A stretch of 64,000 nucleotides of DNA from Balanoglossus misakiensis (GCA_040954595.2 CM082581.2:7400059-7464058); one strand, 5' to 3'; counted from the stretch's first letter, positions 24,601-40,058 are shown. The notes: generated by a model not told the origin, from the sequence alone. Numbers and translations: made by a program.

Positions 24601-27276
24601 AAAACAAATATGGATTTTCTACAGTCGTACAACACGTATGCCGGTGACAATAATAATTTAATCTAATATCTAAACTTATGGAAGCAATGACCTAAAAACC
24701 TAAATAATCGTTAAAAAGGGCCACGCCCTTTTATAAATGCGGGTTTATGGAAAGGGCTGACCAAACAAGACATTCTTGGGGAGTATGATACTCTGGTCCC
24801 AGTATTCTCACTATTTTAATGTATTTCCGACCCGTGTGTACATAAAAAACCTACATATAACATTTATGAGCATATGCAGCTCCTGAGCTGGCACACGTGT
24901 CCGGATAGCACTAAGAACTCGTACTGTGTCCAGGAAAGCAAGCTTGTCCGAAGGGTCGTACTTGTACTGACGAAGTGTCCACGTTGTATCAGTTGACGCA
25001 AAGTCCCTAAAAAGGGGCTTTGGTTGACGTCATGAAAATAACTGCACGCGGATATAAAGACGCTGGTTTTGATAAATGTGTATTTTTTATGCCAGGACGC
25101 CATGCAGGCAAACATGGTATTACACGTATGGGGATATTGGGGTTAAGTGCATTTGGTGTGAAGGTTTGTCGTTTCACTTAACCGGAGAAGCATATGTAAT
25201 TTTCACGTCAATTGGAACTTCAGAGCATGTGCCCTAAAGGGTCACATGATTATAGTTTACCCTACTGCTGCATGTAAGTGTTAGTCACTAAACCCCTACC
25301 CCACATGGGAATCTTGATGGTTCGGACAGTTGTCGGAGGGACATACCCTTTGCTTATTTCCAGATACACTGTTATTTGTGATGGCAGTGCTGGTGCCTGC
25401 CATGTTGCCATCCAGCTGTCCACATTAATTCTGCATGATTCACACATCATTACATGGTCCCTCCAATCACACGTGATGCAACCAGTATACTGGCACCGGT
25501 CACCTGACGTCATAAACACATCATTTTTCAACTCAAGTACAGTCTGGTGCCAGTACTGCTACCGTTTGCTACCTGATGCCATCGAAGAATTGGTCTCCAA
25601 TTCAGAGCTCGATGCGGAAATGCAATCTGGTTATCTACAGTGTTCGCATGTGTATCCATATATCAGCCTGACGTCAGCACACCTGTCTGTTACTTAAGGC
25701 CACCTATTTCATCTGATGACCGTACATTGCTGCCTTTAGAGCCTCCCTGAACGTCAAAATACTCAAGGCGCCCAGACCCTTATACATTCAACGGTGATGA
25801 CTAGTTAATAAGTTGAAGGTTAAAATAAAGTCGTGATCAATAAATAGCGTGAAACCATGGAATGTTTTGAGACTTTCAGATGTTGTACTCTATAAAAACA
25901 ACTTGATTATTGTTGAATAATATGAGCTTATGTTTGCATAACCCAGATATTTTCCCACTTGATGCATAGTACATGTATGTGATCTTTTTTACTTAATAAA
26001 GAAAGACTTGCTGTGGGCAAAACGCTTGTTGTTTACCCATGAGTAAACACAATCTCAGAGGTGCCCCCGGGCACTGTACTTGCCAGTTTAAGGTGTACAA
26101 GTATGCACTCAGTAAGCTCCAACTTCAGTTCCAATATTTAAGTTTTAAATCGAATCTATCTTGTCAACATGGTTACTGGGGAGTGTGTGTGTCTTCAGGC
26201 AGACGATGACTGTAGACTACACGATCGGAGAGCCGTATGTTTCCATTGGTTCATATAGAACGCATTGCACTGAATTGAAAGGTTAGAGTTCTGGGCTGTT
26301 CTGACCTGCTTATAGTGTACGAAATGCGTCTAATTGGGAGAAATGGGACTATAAACTTCTAGGGGGACCCCAGGGATTCCACCCGACTTGATGGTTCTCT
26401 AGGGGAAATGTTAACAACACAGGAGACATGGTTTGGCAAAGAACGAAGACTGGCGTGATACACGTTTAGGTTTCCCTTTTTTGAGTATGTCGTGAAATTA
26501 AGCTTCTCGCGCCTATTCCCCTTGCAGGCCTATAGGGGAAAATCTGCATATGTTGCATATATCTGAAAGGGTTAAAGGTATACCTAGAGATGAACAATTT
26601 ATTGGCACTGTTTACATTAGTGTCGTGCGACCGAAAGTTGGAAGAATCAGTACACGACTATCTGAGCATTTCCTGGGGGAACCGTTCGCCAATATTCCGG
26701 CTTTATAGTATTTTGAAGATGGGTGTTACTTATTTTAATAATCAAGAAATGATTCGCCTGAAAAAGATTATTTCATATCATGGAACATAATCTGCATATT
26801 TTTACACTAATCCTCTACAAGATCCGAATATCCGGATTAACGTCTCCGAAGCAAAGTCTGATGACTGATAATAATTACAGGAAGATGTTTTGGAGAAATA
26901 CTGTTTACAAGATTGGAAATAACCAAATCTGGTTAGCTATATTGATTTGCAATACTCTCAACTGAGATGTTATGTAAACTGAGACCAATAACATCGGGTG
27001 ATAGACAAACCCGTCTGAAGACTGAGATTTTACAAAAAAGCCACAAACAGACAGGAGCAGACATCCAAAAACATGCATCTTGTTGACATATTCATGTAAA
27101 TAGCCTAGATACACAGTCCTGTGTGTTTATGTTTTCGTTGGCCGATGACAGATTCTTGTTTGTCTCGTGAAGGTCGAATCGATTGATTCAGACATTCTTG
27201 CATAATTAACAATCAAGAATTGAAAACGCAAAATACCTTTTCTGAAATTGATTATTCAGACACGATATAATCTAAC

Positions 27277-27322
27277 ATGACACTGGCAAATACTCCCACG
27301 TGGGAATATTTGCCAGTGTCAT
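27277..27322. repeat. 46-bp near-perfect palindrome centred on CACGTG
   Basis: ATGACACTGGCAAATACTCCCAC|GTGGGAATATTTGCCAGTGTCAT: 22 of 23 symmetric pairs are complementary (mismatch 27293/27306), with no spacer. Confidence 0.92.
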
Positions 27323-30300
27323 TATAGGCTTACGATTTTATCTAGTACTTTTTATTGAGTGAAGATAACAAAACCATTCATGGAAAAACATACTTGATTC
27401 TACTTCGAGTGTCAATTACTCATCAGAACAAAACGGCCGTTTCTAGTTTAGCGAAATGCGTATCTTTTGAACCAAAATTGCATTGTTATGCTTAGAATTT
27501 TACTCGTACATGTATAGTCCTTTGATCCGCAATGATATCGCCAGCGGCCTCGAACAAAACAGACAACGGCAGCGAACCATGTAAATGTTATAAGATAATA
27601 AATACGCCTACAATATTCTAATGTTTAACATTGAAATAATCTACCTTAATAGCTGTATAAGGTGTTTTGACAGCCTTCATTTCCTTTGACTGATAACATG
27701 ATTTGCCTTAAAAGTCCCTTTGTCTAGTTTCTATTCACTCCAATTATGTCTTCAGGAATGTTAGCATAAATGGAAATATTTGAAGGACGTTCATGTTATT
27801 CGGGAATACATGTCCCCGAGGAATATTCTACAATGTAACGTTCTGGGGCGAAATTATCCCGTGAGAGATGTCTACTTAAACTTTAAGTGCACCTTCGGGC
27901 TTTTCAGAAACATGAAAGTCCTCTAACCCTTCCATTTGTACTTTATTCAAACTTAATTAGCGTGATCGTGAACTATGAAGAAACCTCAGTGTTCATATCT
28001 ATTAGTGACACTACAGTATTTTATTTTAAAAAATACCAAACCACACTTTCCCACGCAGCAGAATATGACAGCCATTTTACATTTCACAAATAGGGATTAT
28101 ATTTAGTACGAAATGTCGCCCTTTTCCTCAAAATATTCGCGGTGACTTTCGCGAAGTATCTTTGGGTATTACTAGTAATAGCGGGGTATGACCAACGTTT
28201 AGTATCTTTATCGAGTGCGTGCTACCAGCGGTACTTTACAGATAAGACACTGGATGCAATGCGATCGTTCAATTAATATTCAATGGATCTCATCCCTGAC
28301 GTGAGCAGCACTTAAATACATATCTGCGATTGAGTGCATGTTTGGTTGAAGGCTTTCGGGCGCGTGTTATAGGTGTTATTTTGAGCATACGGTTCTCCGG
28401 ATGGTTTAAATGGCATGAATGAATTAGCGTCCCGTCTGTCTTAATAGCGATTTAATGCACGCGAAATCCTCTCTAGCACCGTGTCAGGATTTTTAAATAC
28501 CACTTAAGCGGTTGTTGACTTGTTTCAGCCAACAGTATCACGACTTAGCTTCCGATTAGCCGGAGATAAAATTTTGCAAGTGCGATTGCTCTTAAATGAA
28601 AAAGGGGTACGAATGATTTGTTTTTCTGCGCACTTCAGCTCAAAGTCGTACATGGTGACCTGACTTTGAGGGACTATGGCTGATGAGATTATTTTTAGTT
28701 GGCTTCTTACCGCCAGTAAGACTATCTTCGTTCTCGCGACCTTGAGGAACGAGAAAACAGCATCTCTAATATAAACAGCATCGATTCCGCCCAACGAACA
28801 CGAGTATAGAATGGCTTAAGCGGATGTACGACTTCATCGCTTTAAATTATTTCACAGTAAGGCGATGTCTACCGTGATATTTTATTCCCCCACTCCCTTC
28901 GGAGTACTGAGTGCATCACGCAAGCTTAACAGAAGGTATACGTGAAACATGGTGTACAGCTTTAGTTTGCGCCCGTGGACAATTACGTCAGACGTTGTTT
29001 GTGAAACAAATTGTGACAAACAAATTGCAGTCGACAGGTTGGTTTGTTAATGAAAGCAGGGGACGACCAGATGTATGACCTGCGCGCATCAATTACATGT
29101 AGATATATATAGTGCAACACCTGGTTTGTAGGAAAAAAGTCATCTTCCCCAGTGTGCGTACACGAAATTCAGAACCACGGTGTACGATAGGTATCCAGAT
29201 TGACTTGATCGGTGACGTCATTGAACCAGATAATATGCCGACGCTGACGTGGTCTACATGCTCAGACAAGCTCCAACATTAAAAACATTTTAAAGGCACC
29301 TTTTTTGCCGTCACATTCTCCGTAAGGCTACCGATGAAATTACGCCCAATTACACGGCATTCTGATCTGATCAACGTCTGCTTTGTTTATCGCCCGGCAA
29401 GGTCACCCCGTTTCTCGTATATACATGTACTGTAGTCACTGCCGATGGCCGTTGGAAAGTGTAAAAATAGGTTACACAATTACTCAAACGTCTATATTTG
29501 TTTCCGTATTAATTTTTTGTAAGACTAAGCAGGTAGAATGTGTTACAGATGACAATTTTCCTGTTTTATGTTATGGGTATACATGATATGAATAAACAGT
29601 GATAGTGCCCAACACCAAATCGAGGCAACGTCCTTGCGCCCAATCTGATCGCAAAGCATATTTTGACGCATATGGTAGCGTCGTTCAAAAAATAATAAAT
29701 AAAAAATCGTGAGAGGACCAACAGGATTAAGCTCTATGCTGGCTTCAACGAATCGAAAGGTCCGTGAAAGATTAACTTTCGAAAGTACAGCATATTGTGG
29801 TCTTCTGATTCAAATTTACCCTTTATATCCGTAAAGGCACATGTAGGTCAAGCGACGTGCTTCCGGAACATGCATTCTTGAGCAACGCCACTAAATGGAT
29901 AAGTTTCCTTCGTTCTCCTTTCCAGAGAATTCTGAGAAATTGCTCTGTTAAAAATAACTATATATACATTTACAAACAAGGCTGCAGTGGAACTAGACCA
30001 TTTCTACTACCACAATAAAATTTCACCAGACTCAAACACTAATGCGCTTTTAATCAAAATCGCTGTCGTCGCGACGGCACCCCATTTGCTCCATTCACAT
30101 GCCGCCCGATGACAAATTCAAATTAATTGGCTCTTGCATACACGAGGTATAAGATCACGCACCGCGCCGATGTACGCTTCAATACCTTGGAAATCTCGCT
30201 TTACAGTTTGCAGATTGGAAGTAAATTGTACAAAAGGAAAAGCCATTGTCGGGATGAATTAAGGGACAAATGGCTTGCAGGCGCACGGAACAGAATCAAT

Positions 30301-32600
30301 ATTAGCCTTAGATCACTCATTGTTTAAGTACACATTACTTACTCGCTCGTATATCTTTACATGACGATTTATACAGCCATACTTGCGCAGGATATTGAGC
30401 CTTTCAGATGCAAATAATGAACATCTAACAGATAATTGTAAATACCAGCATCAATTGTTATCAATAGAGACTGAGTTACAGCGATTATGACGGAGTGGTC
30501 CCTGGATTTGGTCGTTTCAATTTACTGTCAGTGGAAGAGGGCAGTAGTTGGCACATGTTTAATCATAATTGATTATTCCTATGGAAGCATCTTCTCAAGA
30601 GAGAAATAAATTATGCAATACATGAAAACTCTCATACATCTGACAAGATTAATAATCCTGAATCAATTTAGAGAGGTTTGTATGATATGAAAGTCACGTA
30701 GCTAATGTAATTTAATTCTTAAGTTTTCATTTTTTTTTTAAATGTAGAAGTAATGAATTTTTGTCAAGACTATTTCGGTCTCCACTTTTGGAGATTGAAG
30801 TAAAGAATACGTCATGCAGCACAACTGACGTCTGTGGGGTTTACCCTCCACGGTACGAAGATCAAAGGAAGGTCATTTTGCGGAGTCACGGAGGCGAAGC
30901 TCACGTGCTTCTCTTTTGCGTCACGTCTCCCTCGCTTGAAAGTTTCGCAACCTCTTAATATGTTTCACATGGCGCAACAAATTGACTTCTATGAACATCA
31001 GTGGGACCGACACAATTGCGATGTGATTCTTTGCGTTATCAACAGGATATTAATATATTAATGTCGCACAGTGATGAATCGCAAGGGTTATACTAATATT
31101 ACGACCGGTAATAGTGATCGCACAAATCTTTGTCTATCCACCTATATCAAATCTTAAAGCGCCATGGATTTACACACGACTACATTGTAAGAGATATGCC
31201 TTGAAATGTTACGACAGATGCCTGATATCATATCCACGTTTCGTGCATTCAATCGGGCATCGACTTACAAAAGGGCGAGAAATATTGGACCTACGACTCG
31301 ATTTCGGAGTATGTTCACAATCGTTCATCACAGATGAGCGATTTCGACAAATATTTGCAATATCCATGCGCACACTGAGACGGCAGACCCTGCAGAAACA
31401 TATTCCAGTTCACGAATAGGTCGCGGGGGTTATGTAACATACGGATTAGGATCCGCCGGACAAGGATCAAAAATTTTCGGATATAAAGCGGTGTATATAT
31501 AACCTAGGGTGTTTTGTTGAAAACATTTCCAGAGAGTTAAATGTGCTTCCTGTACAACGTATTGTGCAGGTGATTGTTAATTTATCGTTGTAGGTTATCT
31601 CAAGTTTCGTTGTAATAGCCGTATACTTAGATGGATCTAATCGCTGACCGCTGGCAAGGCTTGACATTTACTCGATGTGTATATTGTAACATTTTCCTCA
31701 TGCCGCCACTTTGTCATATTTACTCCAACAAACACCAGGAATTCTTTCCAATTATTTTGTTTCAAATCTGGCGTATCATTGTCTGACCTGCGAGATTCAA
31801 GTGTCACTGTGATTAAGTTTTCAACAGGAACCCCCTTGCGCCACTCAAAAGGTCGTAATAACTTGTCTGCGTCATACACTGTGAGAAAAGCGTTGAATTT
31901 AGACTATTGCAAACCACAGAGTGAAAAATTCAATAAGTGTTTTCTTTTCCTGCATGCCTTTATTTCGGATTGTTTTATCTTGGGTGTATTTCATTTCGCG
32001 TTAAGGTTGTCTTCACTTGGGTGATATAAACCAGACTGGGTCTGTTGGGCAGGAAATCCATTGATATTAAACATTCATGAGATGCAGCCAGACGCTGCTT
32101 GCGTTCCACCTATTTGCATAATTGCCAAATTGCAAAAAAAAAAAACCGGGGACATGTTCGCAAATAAGACCAGTCTGTGTTTTTTTTAAACCACAGTTGT
32201 GGCCACAATCGTTTTGACTCTGTTTTATCTACTTGTGTTTCATGAGTTTTGAAACCACTATAGACAGTGTTTCCAACTGACATTCAATCAATCAATAGAT
32301 CTCTCAATCACCATCACCAAAGCAATACTCGAAATGTTAACGTCAAGTGAAACACTCTCGCTGGATTTTAAATGCGTTCCAAGTATTCATCCCTTGAGAT
32401 TACAAAAGAGGCCCGTATGCCTGGTAATTACACAATAAGACATGCGATGAACATATGCAATTTCGAAAACAACACGAATACAAAGATTTCGCTTCATTAT
32501 GTACGCGTGAAACGATTACCAAGTAATTAGTGTAATACAAGTCCAGACAGGGGACAATTAACTACATCTATATACATGTACATGTATTTAGAATTTCATT

Positions 32601-32700
32601 TCAGCGTGCTAATTGATGTGGAGCTCGAGGTTGATTAGCAGCTATTAATAACAATCCAAATGGTCACCTCAGCGTGCTAATTAATGTGGAGTTGATTAGC
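32601..32700. repeat. Local direct duplication (~32-39 bp)
   Basis: 32601-32639 and 32669-32700 are both TCAGCGTGCTAATTRATGTGGAG...TTGATTAGC, differing by one substitution and a 7-nt indel. Confidence 0.85.
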
Positions 32701-35700
32701 TGTGGTTGTCTGTTCTCACAAATTTAATGCGATTATTGCCATGCTATCTAAGAAAATAAAAGAGTGGGCAGATGTTACAATGTATCCAGTATGAAGAGAC
32801 ACGGGGCACCACAACATAGTCATGTCTAACGTGGTACTCGACGGTCAAGATGAAATTCAAAATTGCGTACTTAAGGGCCATTCCCCCATTTGATGATTTT
32901 TCAGTGCATTACGCAGTGTGTAATTATGATGCCCCTGTTTTTTTCTCCTCTGTTGTTACACGTCACTGTGGCGACAAAGGCTTTTTAAGCGGACAGAAAC
33001 ATCCGGCAGGTGTTTCGGGTTTTATTTCCACACCGACCCATATGAATACTGCTGGATAAATTGTACTCTCTACGGCCGCCTTCTCCTTCCGGTTCCGCTT
33101 CACGGACGGCGGAGAGGGGGAATTACACTCTATTTCTGTTTCGTTCGTTCAATATCCCATCTCTTAATTACACGTTGTGCTGGGTCTGACGTCATTCTGA
33201 AGATAGATTCCGTATGTTGTTGGTCTCCGTCGTCAAAGTATGGAATTCGGATCTCGGTATTAGCAATTGGGAGTAAGGGGCGTCTTTAAGATTGTAAGTT
33301 TTTCCCTTCGATATTAACATTTTGGAATCAGGTTGTCCTCTGAACCCTCCACTCACAAAGATGCCGGTGCAGTAAAAAAGACATTTATAATCACTCAAAA
33401 TCACTTACAGTAAACGGCCTGGAATTAGATGTTATTAAATACACATTGGTAATGGGAACGGTACAGGATTAGTTTAATATCATCATTTAGGGTAACAAAG
33501 AGGCTTAACCTCTTTTTACGAGTATTAAATGGGTCAATGGGAGAGGAAGGTCAAGTATCTCCCGCACTTCTCTTGGCTGAATAAAAATTTAGTGTACTGG
33601 CATACGGTTTTCAACTCTTTGCAAAAAGATTCAGTCTTTGTCTCGTAAAATCTTGTATTCTGTTCACTTGTGGTGAAACTCGCCGCTTTTTTTCAAAAAT
33701 AATCTGTGATTACTGTAAATAATTGGCAGGTTTCAATTTTATTTAATAAACTGGCATATCTATGAGTTAGGCGTTGGCGTACATCCAGCAGACGTCATGC
33801 AAAATATTGATTTTGTTTTGAAGAAACATTGTGTTAACAGCAGATGGTCACGTACGTGCACACTGTTATCGCGATATCGGAATCCCTGTTTAGATTTGCT
33901 ATCACTTTTCAATAATAGTCTGTATACAAGTGCGATCCATTGAACTGCGAACGTAAACTGCAGACGACAAATGATTTCTGGCGACATTTGACATTCGCTG
34001 GCTTGTTTGGTTGTTTTATTATTTTGTGTTTTGTACGCGGTCGTTATTTTGCTGTTGTTGATTCTGAAATACTGGAGAGGCGTTGGCTGTTGCTGAAACA
34101 TTCCACTCAAACATTCTAAGTGGCTGACCGCTGTATTGTTGATAAACTGATAGGTAACCGGCGTCCATTCAGTAGTTTTGATTAAATCACAGATTATTTG
34201 ATCGGTTCATAGATTGATTACACGCGTGTCAAGGGAATGATTTGTGTGTACTAGGCTGTGCAGTGAGACCCGGGGGAATGTTTACGCGTTTGAACGAGTC
34301 TATACCTTCTACTGGGAATCCGCCTTTGTTTAAACAGGAAGATCGGGAGGGAGATAAAAATATCCGCATCATAAATTTTGACAGACGATTAATCAAAAAC
34401 AGCAATGTTGAACAAATAATTTATTAGTTTGAATTTGAGCGATCGACATTTCGTCAACAGTCACAGGCTAATACATTCCACGCGTATTTCAAGGCCCATG
34501 CACAAAAGGACGTTTCAAAGTATACTGTGAAAATACACATCTTCAACAGTGTGGGAGGAATACTTAAAATGCAGGCACAAAAGGCAAAATACATGTATGA
34601 CGACAATATTGTCATTTAACAAACATTATTATAGGTTGTAACACGGGAAGCCAGTTTGTGTCGAAGCATTTCGCCAATGTAGCAGATACATTTTGCGCAT
34701 GCCTGCAACGCAATGTTCCCAATGGACAGTTCCCCCGATGGTGCTCCTACAAATATGTAAATAGAAGCAGCGTTTTGGTAAATATTTCAGTAAAATATTC
34801 GCTGCGCTTGTGGTCAAAATACGGGGGCTCATGTCGTACCGAGCAATGCAGATAAAAAAAACTCACAAGGTTATTTTGATTATATTCCTATTTACATATA
34901 AGATGCATGGCGTGCACAATATGCGCATTTTCCAAATTTTAATGACACACGGCAGACCAAGCTTGGGTACTTACTAGTAATCAGTTCAAATCGGCTTACA
35001 TCTAGATAAATACATCACAGTTCTAGACTTGTTTATCACGAAGTCCAGTAAAAAAAAGTACACGCCACATCATTTATATTTCTGAGATACATTACCATGG
35101 TAATGAAATAACACCAGAGAACAGTTCTTAAATGTATATACGCATGGCCACGGGCGTAAATGTATCATTGCTTCGATTTATGGCTGGGTCATCCCCTGTT
35201 TGTCCAACTCTACCGCAATCATGATAGCAAAGAACATGTAAGTGATTTTACTACCGTGGAATAAACGCTCTCGGTAACTCGTTCCTGCGTGAGTACGTGC
35301 CTTGCATACAGGAATGGCAACGAAATTTCCCCCTTCTATATGAGATAACGTTTTGTAATTATAGATTCTCGGGCAGCCCTGGAAATCACATGAACAGCAG
35401 AGGAGGTTTCCAAACCTGCATGCCTGTGGATGGCGTGTGTATACATGTACATGTATTGTGTCGTGCGTGAGGTCACTGAGCGACCACCGCCCAGCAAAGC
35501 TTCGGGGCAACACCATCCACTCCGAGGTAATAACGTGTCGGGACTTTGACTCGCAAAACGAACCAATCTACACATAATTAAATAGAATGACCCATGCGTG
35601 TCTCTACTCTGCGTATTGATTATTCATTAACACCAACTACTATCAAAGAAATTGTGTCTTTCATCTTTCGGTCGATTAATTAATTTCGAGTGTTAGCTAC

Positions 35701-38700
35701 GGTGAAAGTTCGCCGATCAATCAAGTTATTATATGGATACAACATGCCTGTACGACATACCCTTCCTCCATCCATCAATGATATGATGAGTGAGCCAAGA
35801 CATGCGTTGTCCGAAACATAACTTTATACTAATTTTGTATGCTTTCCCAAACCGGACTAGATCGTCCCTCTTTCGTACAGAGGTACAGAACCATGAAGTT
35901 CGACACAATTATGAGCTGGGCTATTCTGACGAGCTACACTGTAATTATGTCCTAATATTCCTGTGACAGAAGAATCATATTGAATTCACGCTGTTTTATC
36001 AGAAACATTTGACTCCTGTTGAAAGTCTCTATTTCAACGTATAAAGTGGTTAACCTATTAACCTATGATTGGCAACATACGACAGTATCGTGTTAATTTA
36101 GTTGAGTACGTGATGATTTGGTAGTCATTGATCAATATTTCTGTCTTGTAGTCCATTGTCGTCATATTCGACAATCATATGACCGGCTGGCTGACACAGA
36201 ATGAGCGGCATTTAAGCGTTGGACAGAGCAATGATTACATTGACTCAGTAATTCCCTGTTTTTTATTATACATGTGAACTAGCCTTATTTTAAGTCGTTA
36301 CGGCTGCGTTGACATTGTGCACATCTTAAATAGATCATTGCTGAAAGCTGTTTGCTTTGCTGCTCCATCCTCTAGGATTTGCAGTACAAATAATTGAAGA
36401 GGCTGTGAACTTCACCCCTTTTGGCTGCTACGCTGATACATATGTAGAGGCCGTCGCGATTTGTGTGCGATCGGTAGAATATTAAGTGCATGTCTTTTAA
36501 TTTATTACAAAGAATAGGTTTGCTGTTCCATCGAGCCCGTGTATTTATTTATTTTCTCTAGAGACAGGATATTTTCCCCTCGTCAGTATTTTGGCCGACA
36601 CGCACGCTTTCAAGACCTTAGAATGGGAATTATGGGGTCTAAACAACACAAGATCGGATATATCTCTAAGCCTTATAATATGCTTGCATTGTCACTCTTA
36701 TCCACGCTTAATATGGAACCCTGTTTCGACCCCGTCACTTTTAAAGTTATCCGAAGGCACACAGGGAAATTTAAGGTGATAGAGTTAAGCTACAAGTAGT
36801 TACATGGATCTGAAACAGTGCCTTCCGCGGTTACGTTAATCTGCTCGGTGCAGATAAGGTGAGAAGTGATGACTACTTCTGTCTGAAACATTTACATATT
36901 GTTTAACCCCTCAGCTGTATCTGCTAACGCATTCCGATGGGTATTCACAGCCTCCTGTTCGTCGTGAAGAATTTATATGACACTGCTTAAGTATTTATCC
37001 TATTGCCACTTTATTCGGGAGACAATTCTTCGAGCTGCATAAATTGCGTGGCGTGTGAATAATTTACGCTGTTCCTCGGCACTCATCTCAGCTGTGTTGG
37101 CAAGGACGAAGCAAGATTATGATCGATCGAATATGCCACAGAATCAACACAGTTTACTGTTATGGCTTTGACTTGTGGGGCAGGACGTGCTCACTCTTTT
37201 CAAACCTCTCAGCATCGCTTCTCTATTGAAGACCTCCGTATATCTCTCGTTTATGGAGATGACTATGCACCTTGTCACCCGTGCTTGCGGTTTACTAGTA
37301 TTTGTTTGTTGTGCGTGATACTTGATATTGTATACACATTCTATCACGGTAATATCACAGATTGGTATGGTTTTGACCGTTATGGCACATATTGTGAACC
37401 GATTCCATGCACTACAGCGCACTTAGGCACTTCGATTAGTTTCATTACATTGTCAATATGGTCGCAGACGACCGCAGCGGTTTTTTATGTTTTCCTGCCC
37501 AGAGTCGTTAGTCTGGCATACGTTTTAGTGATCTGTTCAAACTTGACATTAGGACAATACACGGCTCAGTGGTTATGTGCGCGGGATAATGGCGAGACGT
37601 TGATGTCGGAAGTGTTCAGGTCCGGTCGTTTCCACTTCCATTAGGTGAAAGTCATATAGACATTGGTGTACATGCGTACATGTATTTTCATTTGCTGGGC
37701 GATGCGATGCCAACATGCTATGGGTCCCAGACGGTCGTTAGATTGTCAGGGTCTTCCAGGTCATTTGATTTTCCATGTATATAGTATTGCTCGGACATTC
37801 CTTAACTGTATTGTGTGAATAACGTGAAGAATCATTTTCTTCTTCAATGCAAACAAACACAAGCCTACAGCCATTTCTCCGCGACACCTGAAATGTACAC
37901 TCGTGCGTTGATTTGTATCGCGATATGAGCCAATGTGGCCGACTGGTCCACGTTTTGTTTCGGTTTTGGCTTGCCTTAAGCAATGTGTAAAGTAATATCC
38001 TTCAAAGTTTTACAAAGTTTTTATAAGCGGTGTTACACAGATACAAATGTGTGTCCGAACCGAATTTGTCCTGGCGTACAGTAGTGTAACAACTGTGTAT
38101 TGTCACATTTTCCCGTCGTGATAAAAACTGCGAGTAGACATGACTTATTCAGAGCTCTGAGAGTCACGACAGTTCGATAACAGTCACGCCCAGCACCTGC
38201 AGGACGAGATTTAAAGTGTTTTCGCACGTTCACTAACCTTGTCAGTAGCGCTATATAGCGCATCCAGGAACTCGGTAATGGTTTGCCGGCCACTTTCAGC
38301 GTGGCGAGTTGTGGCCATGGTGATCACGTTTGATGGATTAACATTTTATTTAGGAGCTAAACGCGCGCTTTCAATTACGGTGCTCGTGATTATGGCCTTA
38401 ATGCCTTTGCGCGGCGCCCAAGTGCGCTCTTTTCAGGTTTTATACCGAAGTAGCGCCGAGGACGCGTTCCTGTGCGAACAGCAACAGACGTGTCATGATG
38501 AAAAATGAGCTTAAGTGCTCTGAGCAGCGAAAATCTAGATTAAATACGTAAAAGGAAGAAGGGTGTCCATCAAAATTTCGATCCTCTAGAACTCGTTCCT
38601 CCAGATAACGACGGGCGCTAAAGCTGGCGTGCATGAATCGCTAAATGTCACAGTGACGATCTAGTAGCCTATTAACAGGGACGCGAGCTTCGCATCCGCC

Positions 38701-40058
38701 GTATACGTTAAAAATTGAATCGTTTTCGACCTTCTCCAAGTGTTTCTGACGTTGAAATTGTCACAATATACCGATGGCCAACAGAGGTCTTTAAAGTGTC
38801 ACGATTATAATGTCAAGTCAAATCATTCGGTCACCTTGTACGGTTGAAATTCAATGAGGTGGTCGAATTATTTGATACGTCATCGCGCGGGCTTCGATGG
38901 AACAACTTACAACTGTTCTCGAAAAAAAGGACAAAATAAAAATTTTAAAGAGACTTGGGCAGGAAGATATAACTAAATAGGTCAAAACTCTCATTTTTTC
39001 ACTAGACATGAAAAAATTATAGTTTGGCGGCTGTGATGTGTGTAAAACACGAAAATTGATGAAGCGGAAATATAAATAATTTGGAAAGCACTGATAAACA
39101 CGGTGATTTATCGCTTCCAATTAGCACCTGTGTTAATTGCAAGCTTTACGGAGCACACTGTGTGATAACTCAAATTCAAGTACAATTTGCATGAAAATTA
39201 AGAACATCCATCTTTCAGTCATAAATCATAGGTGTGTTATGAATATAAACAAGATCTTTGTATTTTTTCTTAAAATTTGTTTCAGTTGAACCAGTGAAAT
39301 TTGGCAAGTACCGGGGTATAAACAATTTCATGTTTTGTATCGGGGAAGATTTGGGCGCACAAGCCTGTAAATGTTTTCGAGGAACAGCATGTATATGAAT
39401 CCGGTTACTTTTGGATTTATTGTGTAAAATTTAATCCCAGATATAAATCTTCGTGTCATACGAAAATTTACCAAGATTTACGACCACAAACCCAACGACA
39501 CGATCGCCCTTAAATATTGAGATGTAAACGACAATATGTAATTTATATTCAAGAGATAATTTACTGGCGAAATCACCGTCTCTATTGGGTATGGCAATAT
39601 GTTACATGAGCAATATTGTGAATTGAGTTATTTTCAACACATGGAAGTTAGCCATGCTAGTACATTGTACCCAACAGAACAACCGATAAAATACAACGCC
39701 TTCGGGTAACTCTCTACCTGTGCATTTTAGATGTTCATATCGTTGATCTCGAGAAAAATATTTTCTAAAACAAGTCAGAGGCAACCCCGAAACAAGAAGT
39801 TACCGAATTATGCCGTCACGTAAATTAACATGTATTTGTCGATTACCTTGTATAATCTGTAAAACACAACTTGCCATGCGACCTAATCTGATTAATATTC
39901 AGAGCCATATATAGTAAAATCGAGAATGTCAAGGCAATAACATGCTGCGGATCAGTTTCTACGATCCCACTGGACCATCACATATCAGCAGTCGGCCATC
40001 TTGGATAGCCTCCCCAAACAACGTCACAAACTATTATGACACTGTACCCTGGAATGCG

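Noticed and set aside
37562-37625. A-box/B-box-like words suggesting a tRNA or SINE head
   Set aside because: Both boxes are degenerate, no cloverleaf forms, and there is no second copy in the window.
37162-37644. 160-aa hydrophobic ORF with a vaguely GPCR-like SICLLCVILD segment
   Set aside because: No correctly ordered class A motifs; compatible with a chance ORF in T-rich DNA.
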